Source: Candidatus Electronema sp. (GTDB lineage: Bacteria; Desulfobacterota; Desulfobulbia; Desulfobulbales; Desulfobulbaceae). Taken from it: DNA of 40,000 bases. Both the position numbers and the translations under genes were made by a program. The stretch is from positions 1 through 40,000 of the forward strand of contig JAPEVH010000061.1 in assembly GCA_026645415.1 (NCBI GenBank), written 5' to 3'. Positions 8,946-17,331 of this stretch are shown here, piece after piece. The notes under the pieces are model-generated. The model was not told the DNA's origin. It was given only the letters and a program-made list of their open reading frames with translations, and searched no databases. Position 1 is the first letter of the stretch. Each line of letters begins with the position of its first letter.

Positions 8946-9563
8946 ATGCCCTCCAAAAATGCACAGACGAATTTGAACGAAAATGACCTGCTTCACGCGG
9001 TATTTGATGCGCTGCCTTCGTTGATCTTTGTGGTTGATCGGGACGTGCGAATCCAAGAATACAATGCGGCAGCGGCTGAGTTACTCCAAAGTAACCGGGA
9101 AGAAGTGCTCCAACGACGGGCTGGTGAAGTGCTGCACTGCATTCATACAACCAGTGAGCGAGAGAGCTGCGGTAAATCTCTAGCCTGTAAAGACTGTGTT
9201 ATCAAACATTCCGTTCTCAAAGCCTTTCTTGGTAACCGGGTTGTCCGTCATCGAGCAAAAATAGAAATTCGCCGAACAAATTCTAAAATAGAGATGTTTG
9301 CACTGGTTACTGTCTCGCCTTTTTCTTTTACAGGTAATCAACATGCGCTGCTGGTCATTGAAGATATTAACGATATCGCTGACCTGTACAAAACAATTTA
9401 TATCTGTCCGATCTGTGGAAAAATGCAGGATGAAGATAAGACATGGATGCGGATTGAAGCCTATTTCAAAAACTGCTGGGATGTAGACTGCTCGCACAAC
9501 TACTGCCCAGACTGCTTCCAGAACGAGCTGGATAAACTGAGAGCAGAGAAAAAAAGCAAGTAG
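8946..9563 (+). CDS. Stand-alone PAS-domain protein with Cys-rich zinc-ribbon-like C-terminus
   Basis: 205 aa with a PAS-like N-terminus (LLHAVFDALPSLIFVVDRDVRIQEYNAAAAELL). A Cys/His cluster lies inside the PAS core (HCIH...C...CKDC). The C-terminus reads CPICGKMQDEDKTWMRIEAYF...CSHNYCPDC. Confidence 0.55.
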   Translation: MPSKNAQTNLNENDLLHAVFDALPSLIFVVDRDVRIQEYNAAAAELLQSNREEVLQRRAGEVLHCIHTTSERESCGKSLACKDCVIKHSVLKAFLGNRVVRHRAKIEIRRTNSKIEMFALVTVSPFSFTGNQHALLVIEDINDIADLYKTIYICPICGKMQDEDKTWMRIEAYFKNCWDVDCSHNYCPDCFQNELDKLRAEKKSK

Positions 9564-9611
9564 CCTCACTGCTTCCCTGATTAAAATATTTAAGTATATA
9601 GAGATAGAATC

Positions 9612-11018
9612 ATGGCTTTTACCCCTTTTGACAAGGTTCAGGATACGTACGACATCGTTGTTATTGGCTCCGGTCTTGGTGGGCTAACCGCTGCCAATCG
9701 GCTGGCTCAGTGCGGCCATCGCATTCTTCTACTAGAGCAGCACCACCACCTTGGTGGTTTAGCAGCGTGGTTCAAACGTGGCGGGCATACGTTTGATGTT
9801 TCCCTGCATGGTTTTCCGCATGGCATGGTTAAAACCTGTAAGAAATATTGGTCAAAAGCAATCTACAACTCCATAGTTCAGCTCAAGAATATTGTTTTTG
9901 ATAACCCGCAGTTCACGCTGACCACAACGTTTTCTAAAGATGATTTTTCCCGCATTCTGCACGAGCAATTCAAGATTGAGCGTAGCGTAGTCGATGATTT
10001 TTTCAATACAGTCAGGGCGATGAATTTTTATGACGACCAGAGCATGACCACCCGTGAGCTGTTTGAAAAGTTCTTTCCGGGTCGCTCTGATGTGCATCGT
10101 CTGCTGATGGAGCCAATCACTTATGCCAACGGTTCGACTTTAGATGAACCGGCTATTACTTATGGGATTGTTTTTTCAAATTTTATGAGCAAGGGTGTGT
10201 TTACCTTTGAAGGCGGCACAGATAAGCTGATTGCCATGATGGCGGATGAGCTGCAAAAAAATGGCGTGACTATCTGCACAGGCGCAAAGGCAGAGCGGGT
10301 TCTGGTAGATAAAGGTAAAGTGCGGGGCGTGCTTGTCAATGGTCGGGAAATTGCAACCAAGGCTGTTGTTTCCAATTCCGGCATCACCAACACCATTGAT
10401 CAGCTTGCGGGCCGCGAGGCATTCAGTGATGATTTTCTCAGTCGTTTTGATAAAGTGGTAGTGAATAACTCTTCTAGCCAAGTCTATTTCGGCATCCGTA
10501 AGGGTGAATTTTTCCCGGATGTAGGCGATCTGCTTTTCACCTCCACTGCGGAGAAGTTCTCTTCTGAGAAAATGCGGCGCAAGGATACGCAAAGCCGCAC
10601 CTTTTCCGTTTATTATCCCAAGACCAGACCTGAAAAACCTGATTATACGGTAGTGGCTTCCATGAATGCCAACTACGATGACTGGGCGGGGCTGGATCCG
10701 CAGATCTACAAACAAGAAAAAGAGGCAATGGCGGAACGTTGTCTATTGGATTTGGAACGCTACATTCCCGGTATTCGCACCAAGATTGACACCGTGGAAA
10801 CAGCCACACCCAAGACCTTTCACCGCTACACCTTGCATACAAGAGGAACTTCTTTTGGCACAAAATTTGAAGGGTTGGATATTTCCCGAACGATTTTCAA
10901 AGAAGTGGGCGGACTATTTCATGTTGGCTCGGTTGGCATCATCATGAGCGGCTGGCTGGGAGCTATCAACTACGGCGTAATTGTTGCCAATGATGCGGAT
11001 GCGTATGTGCGGACGTGA
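9612..11018 (+). CDS. FAD/NAD(P)-dependent oxidoreductase, phytoene-desaturase (CrtI/COG1233)-like; second paralogue
   Basis: 468 aa. The dinucleotide motif is IVVIGSGLGGLTAANRLAQCGHRILLLEQHHHLGG. The overall length and C-terminal G-rich segment (HVGSVGIIMSGWLGAINYG) resemble those of the 6248-7624 product. Confidence 0.75.
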   Translation: MAFTPFDKVQDTYDIVVIGSGLGGLTAANRLAQCGHRILLLEQHHHLGGLAAWFKRGGHTFDVSLHGFPHGMVKTCKKYWSKAIYNSIVQLKNIVFDNPQFTLTTTFSKDDFSRILHEQFKIERSVVDDFFNTVRAMNFYDDQSMTTRELFEKFFPGRSDVHRLLMEPITYANGSTLDEPAITYGIVFSNFMSKGVFTFEGGTDKLIAMMADELQKNGVTICTGAKAERVLVDKGKVRGVLVNGREIATKAVVSNSGITNTIDQLAGREAFSDDFLSRFDKVVVNNSSSQVYFGIRKGEFFPDVGDLLFTSTAEKFSSEKMRRKDTQSRTFSVYYPKTRPEKPDYTVVASMNANYDDWAGLDPQIYKQEKEAMAERCLLDLERYIPGIRTKIDTVETATPKTFHRYTLHTRGTSFGTKFEGLDISRTIFKEVGGLFHVGSVGIIMSGWLGAINYGVIVANDADAYVRT

Positions 11019-11099
11019 GTATTACTGTTCCCGCGCTGGAGCCTGGAATGTGTGATACTTCAACTTATAGCGACAACAACGTTATACCCTGAAGTTGCG

Positions 11100-12653
11100 T
11101 CAGCTAATAAGCAAACTCTCCCCTTCCATCTCCTCTGGCTGCTTCAGCCCCAACAGGTGTAACAGAGTCGGAGCAATATCTTTGAGTGCGCCACTGCTTT
11201 TCAAGGTGCAGCCTTTGTGCTTGTCGCTGACTAAGATCAGCGGCACTGGATTTAGGGTGTGGGCGGTATGCGGCTGACCGGTTTTTTGGTTGAGCATCAT
11301 CTCGGCATTGCCGTGATCAGCCGTAATCAACAAAATACCACCCAGCTCACGCAAGCGTTTGGCAATTCGACCAAGGCAATGATCCACGGTTTCACAGGCT
11401 TTAACTGCTGCCTCTAGCACCCCGGTATGGCCAACCATATCACCATTAGCAAAGTTAAGAATCACCAAATCATAAGGCGTACCTGCGGCCTCCTGCTCGG
11501 CAAGTGCAGCTAAAAGTCGGTCAGTTACTTCCTCTGCGCTCATAGCAGGTTTGAGATCATAAGTAGCCACATCACGCGGTGACTCAATTAAAATGCGGTC
11601 TTCTCCCAAGAAGGGCACCTCGTTGCCACCATTAAAGAAGTAGGTGACATGGGCGTACTTCTCGGTCTCAGCAATCCGTAGCTGGTGTAACCCAGCCCGG
11701 CTTACCTCTTCACCGAGAATACGATTGAGACTAACCGGTGGGAAGGCGATGGGAAAGGAGAAATCCGCCTCATATTCGGTCATGGTCACCAGCTCCAGCA
11801 GCTTGGGCCTGTTATTGACCGCAAAGCCTTTGAAATCAGCATCAGAAAAGGCATGGCACAGTTCACGTACTCGGTCGGCCCGGAAATTAAAAAAGACTAC
11901 CGCATCGCCATCTTGTATCCTGCCTTCCTCAGCAATAATAGTTGGCTGAATAAATTCGTCTGTCTCGCCTCGGTTGTAGGCAGCCTCAATTGCTTGAATT
12001 GGCTCATCTGCTGTCAGTCCCTGCCCGCCGACTATTGCCTGCCAAGCCTTCTCCACCCGATCCCAGCGAGTATCGCGATCCATAGCCCAGTAGCGACCAG
12101 ATACTGTTGCCACTTGGCCGCAGCCGACTTGCTGGACGATTTCCATAAGCTGCTGCATATAGCCTACGCCACTTTTGGGCGGCGTATCACGACCATCCAT
12201 GAAGCAGTGAATCTTGGCTTCGATGCTGCGCGCCGCAGCCATTTGCAGTAACGCAGCGAGGTGACTGATATGAGAATGCACCCCGCCATCCGAAAGCAGA
12301 CCACAGAAGTGTACTCGCGTTCCAGCGGCTTTTACCTTGTCTAATACCGCTGTCAACACTGGATTTGTGGCAAATTCGCCCAGCTCAATCGCCCGGCTGA
12401 TGCGGGTGTAATCCTGATAGACGACCCGACCAGCTCCAATATTCAAATGCCCAACCTCAGAATTACCCATTTGCCCTTCTGGTAGACCAACCGCACCGTT
12501 GTGAGCCACCAAGGTAGTGTAAGGATACTCTGCCGTCCATTTATCCATGTTTGGCGTGTTGGCAACATAGACTGCATTGGTTGGAGAAGGCGGAGCAATG
12601 CCCCAGCCATCTAAAATTGCCAGCATTACAGGTCGTCCAGCAGCAGCCATCAT
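11100..12653 (-). CDS. gpmI: 2,3-bisphosphoglycerate-independent phosphoglycerate mutase
   Basis: 517 aa. Motifs: LAILDGWGIAP, the catalytic Ser region GNSEVGHLNIGAGRVV, FMDGRDTPP, and C-terminal ITADHGNAE. Confidence 0.95.
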   Translation of the reverse strand: MMAAAGRPVMLAILDGWGIAPPSPTNAVYVANTPNMDKWTAEYPYTTLVAHNGAVGLPEGQMGNSEVGHLNIGAGRVVYQDYTRISRAIELGEFATNPVLTAVLDKVKAAGTRVHFCGLLSDGGVHSHISHLAALLQMAAARSIEAKIHCFMDGRDTPPKSGVGYMQQLMEIVQQVGCGQVATVSGRYWAMDRDTRWDRVEKAWQAIVGGQGLTADEPIQAIEAAYNRGETDEFIQPTIIAEEGRIQDGDAVVFFNFRADRVRELCHAFSDADFKGFAVNNRPKLLELVTMTEYEADFSFPIAFPPVSLNRILGEEVSRAGLHQLRIAETEKYAHVTYFFNGGNEVPFLGEDRILIESPRDVATYDLKPAMSAEEVTDRLLAALAEQEAAGTPYDLVILNFANGDMVGHTGVLEAAVKACETVDHCLGRIAKRLRELGGILLITADHGNAEMMLNQKTGQPHTAHTLNPVPLILVSDKHKGCTLKSSGALKDIAPTLLHLLGLKQPEEMEGESLLIS

Positions 12654-13051
12654 TCGCCCTCCTGCTCCTCAATGCCTAATTCCGGCAAGCCTAATCTAGG
12701 CGCATCGTGCCACAAGCCTTCCAGATCATAAAACGCCCGCTGATCTTTGTAGAAAATATGAGCAACCACATCACCAAAATCAAGCAAGACCCAGAGTCCT
12801 TCCTGAAGTCCTTCAGCATGTCTACTGCTAATCCGCTTGGAGTTTAGCTCTGCTTCTATGGCTTCGGCTAAGGCTTGAACGTGCCGCGTGGAACGACCGC
12901 TCATGATGAGAAAATAATCAGCAAACGAGGACTGGCCGCGCACATCTAGGATGGTGAGTTCTTCAGCTTGGGTGTCCAAGGCTATGTGAGCGCAGATAGC
13001 AGACAGTTCGAGCGGGCTGTGTTGTCGATATTCTTTTTTCAGTTGTTGCAT
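12650..13051 (-). CDS. rsfS: Ribosome silencing factor RsfS (iojap family)
   Basis: 133 aa with the signature SFADYFLIMSGRSTRHVQALAEAI and HIFYKDQRAFYDLEGLW. Its stop overlaps the gpmI start (ATGATG/TGA at 12648-12653). Confidence 0.9.
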   Translation of the reverse strand: MQQLKKEYRQHSPLELSAICAHIALDTQAEELTILDVRGQSSFADYFLIMSGRSTRHVQALAEAIEAELNSKRISSRHAEGLQEGLWVLLDFGDVVAHIFYKDQRAFYDLEGLWHDAPRLGLPELGIEEQEGE

Positions 13052-13231
13052 ATTGTTTGTTGATAATTTTTGGATTCAAAACGATGAATCAGCTTTTCTT
13101 GAGAAACGGCTCTTGCCCTTGGCAACTTTAATTCACGACTTTATCACTGGGTTTAGTTAACCAACTTCTTAGGATGACTAATTTGAGAAGCTCAATATCA
13201 GAAATTTGGCAAAGAATGCCTCAATAAATTT

Positions 13232-13699
13232 TTATTGTTCGTTAATGGCACGGCGACAGAGGTTTACAATGATTGTAGTTAATATTGCTACTTGTACAAA
13301 ATTATCTACAGTTGACATCAAGCTAAATCTCATGACCCAAAAACCATTAGCCTTTGAAAGGCTTAAAATGGCTAAGAAAAAAGTCACAACAAGATTCGAT
13401 ATTGATAGATAATAAATACAAAAAAATACATCGAGATACCCTTTTTTTTTATACTTTTTGAAAGTTACAGAGCCAGCAAAAGAAAAGAGTATTGTAATTA
13501 CAGCAGATAAAAAACCAAGCATTGTAAACGAAAATGTCGCTATAATTACAGCAAGATTGCTTTTTTGGGCTGCTATACTCATTGAGTAACATGGATATAT
13601 TTCAACGAGTTTGTGATACAGACAATGAAAGATTGGACCAGGTAGCAACGTCATTAAACCGTACAATATCGTCAGGGGTATCTTTCTTGAAGGATTCAT
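13232..13699 (-). CDS. Small multi-pass membrane protein, orphan (3 TM from ATG 13582; 4 TM if the 13699 start is used)
   Basis: Hydrophobic segments: LAVIIATFSFTMLGFLSAVITILFSF, VFFCIYYLSISNLVVTFFLAILSL, VDNFVQVAILTTIIVNL. The longest ORF overlaps the upstream gene by 98 nt. The ATG at 13582 lies 19 nt after that gene's stop. The sequence is very AT-rich with no SD. Confidence 0.5.
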   Translation of the reverse strand: MNPSRKIPLTILYGLMTLLPGPIFHCLYHKLVEIYPCYSMSIAAQKSNLAVIIATFSFTMLGFLSAVITILFSFAGSVTFKKYKKKGYLDVFFCIYYLSISNLVVTFFLAILSLSKANGFWVMRFSLMSTVDNFVQVAILTTIIVNLCRRAINEQ

Positions 13700-14537
13700 C
13701 TGACCTGTATTCCTTTAGTTTGTCTATCAGGATTTGATTGCCGGTTGCTTTATTCTCCAACAGTGCTGGAATTTCGTCTTCTTGACTTTTATCGATATGG
13801 TTAGAAACAGCTCCTTTTCCAACCAAGTAAATGTCTAACAGTTGCGATGATACTTCGTCTTTACATTTCAGTATCATTTTTTCAACACCTTCATCGGAAA
13901 TTTTATCCAAAAGTTTTCCACTAACTTCTTTTATATTTTTACCTCTTTTTGGTTTAATAGTTATTTCTATGCTTTTAAGATCATGGCAGTCTTCCGTGTT
14001 TACGGATATCACATTTAAAAGATCTTGAAAAAAAGAATTCTCTTTTGATATTTCAATACTTGTTTTTCCGATAATACTATTAAATATAAACGCCTCGTCT
14101 TTTGTTGCTTGATGCAGTATCGCTCTCGCTTTAAATCTCCAAATTTCAATCCCTATTTTCTTGAAAAGATCATCAATATATTCCGCAAAAACATTCACCT
14201 TTGGTGCCAGCACTGTCGATGCAATTCCAAAATAATCTTCTTTAACAAGAAGATAAGAGGCAAAACTTACCTGTTCTTTTTGAGAAAGAAATTCACTTAT
14301 TGATATATCTGCCGGATTTATTTTTTTTATTAACTCTTTGTTTCTTGTCATAAGAAAAAGAAATATATCACCTTTAAGGTGAACCAGATATATATGTTCA
14401 TCCTTTTTCATAAATTTGTTTTTAAACTCTGGGTTATCTACTTTACAGAAAATTTTTAAAAAAGATCTCATGTCGAAAAGAAATTTTTGTTCATTATCAG
14501 CATTTAACAGATAGTATCCAAAGTACGTTACTTTCAT
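13602..14537 (-). CDS. Hypothetical 311-aa soluble protein with no recognisable family
   Basis: This is a long uninterrupted ORF in ~26% G+C DNA, where stop codons would be frequent by chance. It is Lys/Glu/Ile/Phe-rich. I see no P-loop, GxSxG, HNH or Rossmann motif. Confidence 0.6.
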   Translation of the reverse strand: MKVTYFGYYLLNADNEQKFLFDMRSFLKIFCKVDNPEFKNKFMKKDEHIYLVHLKGDIFLFLMTRNKELIKKINPADISISEFLSQKEQVSFASYLLVKEDYFGIASTVLAPKVNVFAEYIDDLFKKIGIEIWRFKARAILHQATKDEAFIFNSIIGKTSIEISKENSFFQDLLNVISVNTEDCHDLKSIEITIKPKRGKNIKEVSGKLLDKISDEGVEKMILKCKDEVSSQLLDIYLVGKGAVSNHIDKSQEDEIPALLENKATGNQILIDKLKEYRSDESFKKDTPDDIVRFNDVATWSNLSLSVSQTR

Positions 14538-14645
14538 GTTATTTTCAGTAAAGTTTTATCTGAAGTTTTCTCGTTCACGCTCCAGCATGAGAACTTCCCA
14601 CCACAAAAGGTGGGTTCCTCCGTGCCGCCCCTGAGTTTGAGCAGC

Positions 14646-17111
14646 TTATTCGCCTTGTTGATCTTTGCCCCGCGCTTTTCGTGGTGGAAACTCAAACGTC
14701 ACTTTGCCCTTGCCGTCTATGAGGAGATAGGCATCAAAAGGCCGCTTTCTTTTAGAAATAAAGCCGTTGATCAGCTCAGTCTTTCCCTCTGTGAGAAGCT
14801 GACGGATATGCTCTGGACTAATAGCGCGCTCCAGAATGATCTTGCCGATCCGCAGACCATTTTTCTGGTCACCTGCTAAGGCAGCTTCCGACATATAGGC
14901 CATTGGTGTTTCATAGACCTCTGTTTGATCAATCGGGGAACGACCAAGCGATTTCTGTTCTTTGATTGCCTCCAAATCCAAGTTGTCTGTTGAATCAGCA
15001 AATTGGAAAGAAACCTTGGAATCTTTGATCAACACTGAGGCCGTAAAGGGCTTGCCTTTTTTGGAGCGGAAATCCGTGTACGGCCCGACGGTCTCGCCCT
15101 TGATCAGGCAGACAATTTCCTCCTCTTCCATAATCCGCCCGCCAAGAATTTTGCGGATAATCAGTTTCCGGTCTTCGGATTCATACGCCGTGGTGGTCTC
15201 AAAAAAGCGTTTGCCTTCAACTGGCGAGAAAGATGCTTCTTGGCGAGCCGGGCCACCTGCCTTGACCTTTTCCACGATGGTGGAGGTCTGTTGGCGGATT
15301 TCCTGCATAAACTGCTCGCGGGTCATGCTGCCCTTGATGATCTGATTGAGCTTAAACTCCCATTCGCCGGTCAGTTCTGGCGAAGCCAGCACATCTATTT
15401 TCTGCGCTTCGAGCAAGGCAAGCAACTCAAAGCCCTTGCCGGTTGGCACCAATTCTTTCTGCTCACGTACCATATATTTTTCTGAGAGCAGCTTTTCAAT
15501 GATGGCTGCCCGGGTGGCCGGTGTACCAAGGCCGCGTTCCTTCATCGCCTCTGCCAGTTCCTCATCCTCGACCAGCTTACCAGAGTGCTCCATTGCTGAG
15601 AGCAGGGTAGCTTCATTGAAACGGGGCGGCGGCTTTGTTTCTAGCTTTTTCTGCTCAATCTCAGCGCATAAAACTGCTGTTTTCGCAGGCAGAGCTTCCA
15701 GCGTCTTGGCATCACCTGCACCCGCTGTTGCGCCATAAACCGCTTTCCAGCCCGGCTCAATCAGAATTTTACCTTCCGTGAGAAAGGTCTCGCCTTCAAC
15801 AATAGATAAACGCCGGGTCTGATCAAAAATTGCTGCTGGAAAGAAGACCGCAATAAACCGCTGCACGATCATCTGATAAATCTTCAGCTCGGCCTCGTTC
15901 AGGCTGCTCGGCAAATTAGCCGTGGGAATGAGGGCAAAGTGGTCGCTAATCTTCTTGTTGTTAAAGACCCGCTTGTTTTTCGCATTTTTTTCAGGGAAGC
16001 CTTGAGCCAAGGCTTCGGCAGCAAAGCGGCCATGCTGCCACTGCTGCTGCTTAGTCAGCACCTCTTTTACTTGGGGTAGATAATCTTCAGGCAGGCAAGA
16101 GCTTTCTGTGCGCGGATAGGTGATCAGCTTGTGCTGCTCGTACAGAGCTTGGGCTAAACCAAGCGTATTTTTTGCCGAAAAACCAAAACGGGAGTTCGCT
16201 TCGCGCTGCAAGGTGGTTAGGTCGTAGAGCGCGGACGGTGCTTGACTGGTCTTCTTGCTCTCCTCCTCAACTTTTGCCTTTTTGCCCGCGCATTTTGCCG
16301 CGATCAGCGTGGCTTGCTGTTCATCCCAGATACGCTTCTTATTGCCGTCCGGGTCATCTTGGTCTTTCTTAAAGGTGGCATCAATCCACACGGCCTGATA
16401 CGCAACCGAGCCACACTGGAACTGGGCATGTAATTCCCAATAATCCTTAGAAACAAAGGCCCGCCGCTCTGCCTCGCGCTTGACCAGAAGGGAGAGAGTC
16501 GGGGTCTGTACTCTGCCGCAAGGCGTTTTGCGGAAACCACCGTGGCGCGAGTTGTAGCAGGTCAAGGCACGGGTGGCATTGATGCCGATCAGCCAATCAG
16601 CCTCAGAACGGCACAGGGCAGCGTGTTCAAGCGGCACCATTTCCTGATCCTCGCGCAGATGGCGCAGGCCAGACTTGATTGCGTCCAAGGTCATGGATTG
16701 AAGCCAGAGCCTGCGTACGGTTTTACCCTGCGGCGGCTGAGAAAAAATTTGCCGGAAGATGTATTTAAAAATCAGCTCGCCCTCGCGACCCGCGTCGCAG
16801 GCGTTGATAATCACATCCACCTCTTTTCGCCGGAACAGCTTACTCAGCGCGGTAAATTGGGCTTTAGTTTCCGGTAAAACAGTGAGGGGAAAGACCTCCG
16901 GCAGGATGGGCAAATTCTCCAAATCCCATTTGTGAAAAATCGGGTCGATTTCCTCTGGAAAGCCGATAGTAACTAAATGGCCAATGGCGTAGGAAACAAT
17001 ATAGTCGTTGCCTTCAAAATGAGTCTTTTGTCGGTCGAAATTGCCAGGTAAGGCTTTGACAATGTCAGCGGCTACACTGGGTTTTTCGGCGATGATGAGG
17101 GTCTTTGGCAT
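14646..17111 (-). CDS. topB: DNA topoisomerase III (type IA) with two C-terminal Toprim_Crpt-type repeats
   Basis: 821 aa. The Toprim N-terminus is TLIIAEKPSVAADI, and the active-site Tyr context is HKLITYPRTESSCLP. The C-terminal duplicated module is GPYTDFRSKKGKPFTASVLIKDSKVSFQF / INGFISKRKRPFDAYLLIDGKGKVTFEF. Confidence 0.9.
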   Translation of the reverse strand: MPKTLIIAEKPSVAADIVKALPGNFDRQKTHFEGNDYIVSYAIGHLVTIGFPEEIDPIFHKWDLENLPILPEVFPLTVLPETKAQFTALSKLFRRKEVDVIINACDAGREGELIFKYIFRQIFSQPPQGKTVRRLWLQSMTLDAIKSGLRHLREDQEMVPLEHAALCRSEADWLIGINATRALTCYNSRHGGFRKTPCGRVQTPTLSLLVKREAERRAFVSKDYWELHAQFQCGSVAYQAVWIDATFKKDQDDPDGNKKRIWDEQQATLIAAKCAGKKAKVEEESKKTSQAPSALYDLTTLQREANSRFGFSAKNTLGLAQALYEQHKLITYPRTESSCLPEDYLPQVKEVLTKQQQWQHGRFAAEALAQGFPEKNAKNKRVFNNKKISDHFALIPTANLPSSLNEAELKIYQMIVQRFIAVFFPAAIFDQTRRLSIVEGETFLTEGKILIEPGWKAVYGATAGAGDAKTLEALPAKTAVLCAEIEQKKLETKPPPRFNEATLLSAMEHSGKLVEDEELAEAMKERGLGTPATRAAIIEKLLSEKYMVREQKELVPTGKGFELLALLEAQKIDVLASPELTGEWEFKLNQIIKGSMTREQFMQEIRQQTSTIVEKVKAGGPARQEASFSPVEGKRFFETTTAYESEDRKLIIRKILGGRIMEEEEIVCLIKGETVGPYTDFRSKKGKPFTASVLIKDSKVSFQFADSTDNLDLEAIKEQKSLGRSPIDQTEVYETPMAYMSEAALAGDQKNGLRIGKIILERAISPEHIRQLLTEGKTELINGFISKRKRPFDAYLLIDGKGKVTFEFPPRKARGKDQQGE

Positions 17112-17331
17112 TGTCTAATGTAGATTAAACGAGATCAAGGCTGCACAATATGAGCAGCCGTCAATTTCAATAGAGAAAAATACTTGGTTAAGCCAGACGG
17201 ATTCTGGGTTAAAGGCAGAAGCTGGCTGGCTTGAGCTAGAAAACTGCTGCATTGAAACCAGAACATTTCTCCGTTTTTCCTGTCATTCATTTGTCAAGTG
17301 CAGTAGAAGCCACTGACTTCCGCCATTGTAT

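Noticed and set aside
11019-11099. A possible bidirectional terminator (TATAGCG...CGTTATA) between the convergent oxidoreductase and gpmI genes.
   Set aside because: The stem is AT-rich and 7 bp long with a wobble or mismatch. No U-run follows it on either strand.
11644-12251. 101-aa and 132-aa + strand ORFs within gpmI.
   Set aside because: They are antisense to a full-length, motif-complete GpmI and have no independent support.
13602-14537. Possible class III nucleotide-cyclase motifs in the 311-aa orphan (FLFDMRSF ... LKGDIFLFLM). These would suggest a Pycsar-like cyclase plus TM effector.
   Set aside because: Only two short, degenerate matches are present. The spacing (35 aa) is shorter than the ~44 aa between the metal-binding Asp residues of canonical cyclases, and no other cyclase motif is visible. 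It is not supportable without profile or structure searches.
13232-14537. Assignment of the cassette to Kiwa (KwaA membrane protein plus KwaB DUF4868).
   Set aside because: The sizes are roughly compatible, but the gene order is reversed relative to kwaA-kwaB. I also cannot recognise any KwaB sequence similarity by eye. I leave it as a test to run, not a call.
13184-14644. Direct repeat TTTGAGAAGCT (about 13184) and TTTGAGCAGCT (about 14633) flanking the AT-rich cassette, as a possible att or target-site duplication.
   Set aside because: It is only 11 nt with one mismatch, which chance can explain. No integrase, transposase or tRNA gene is nearby.
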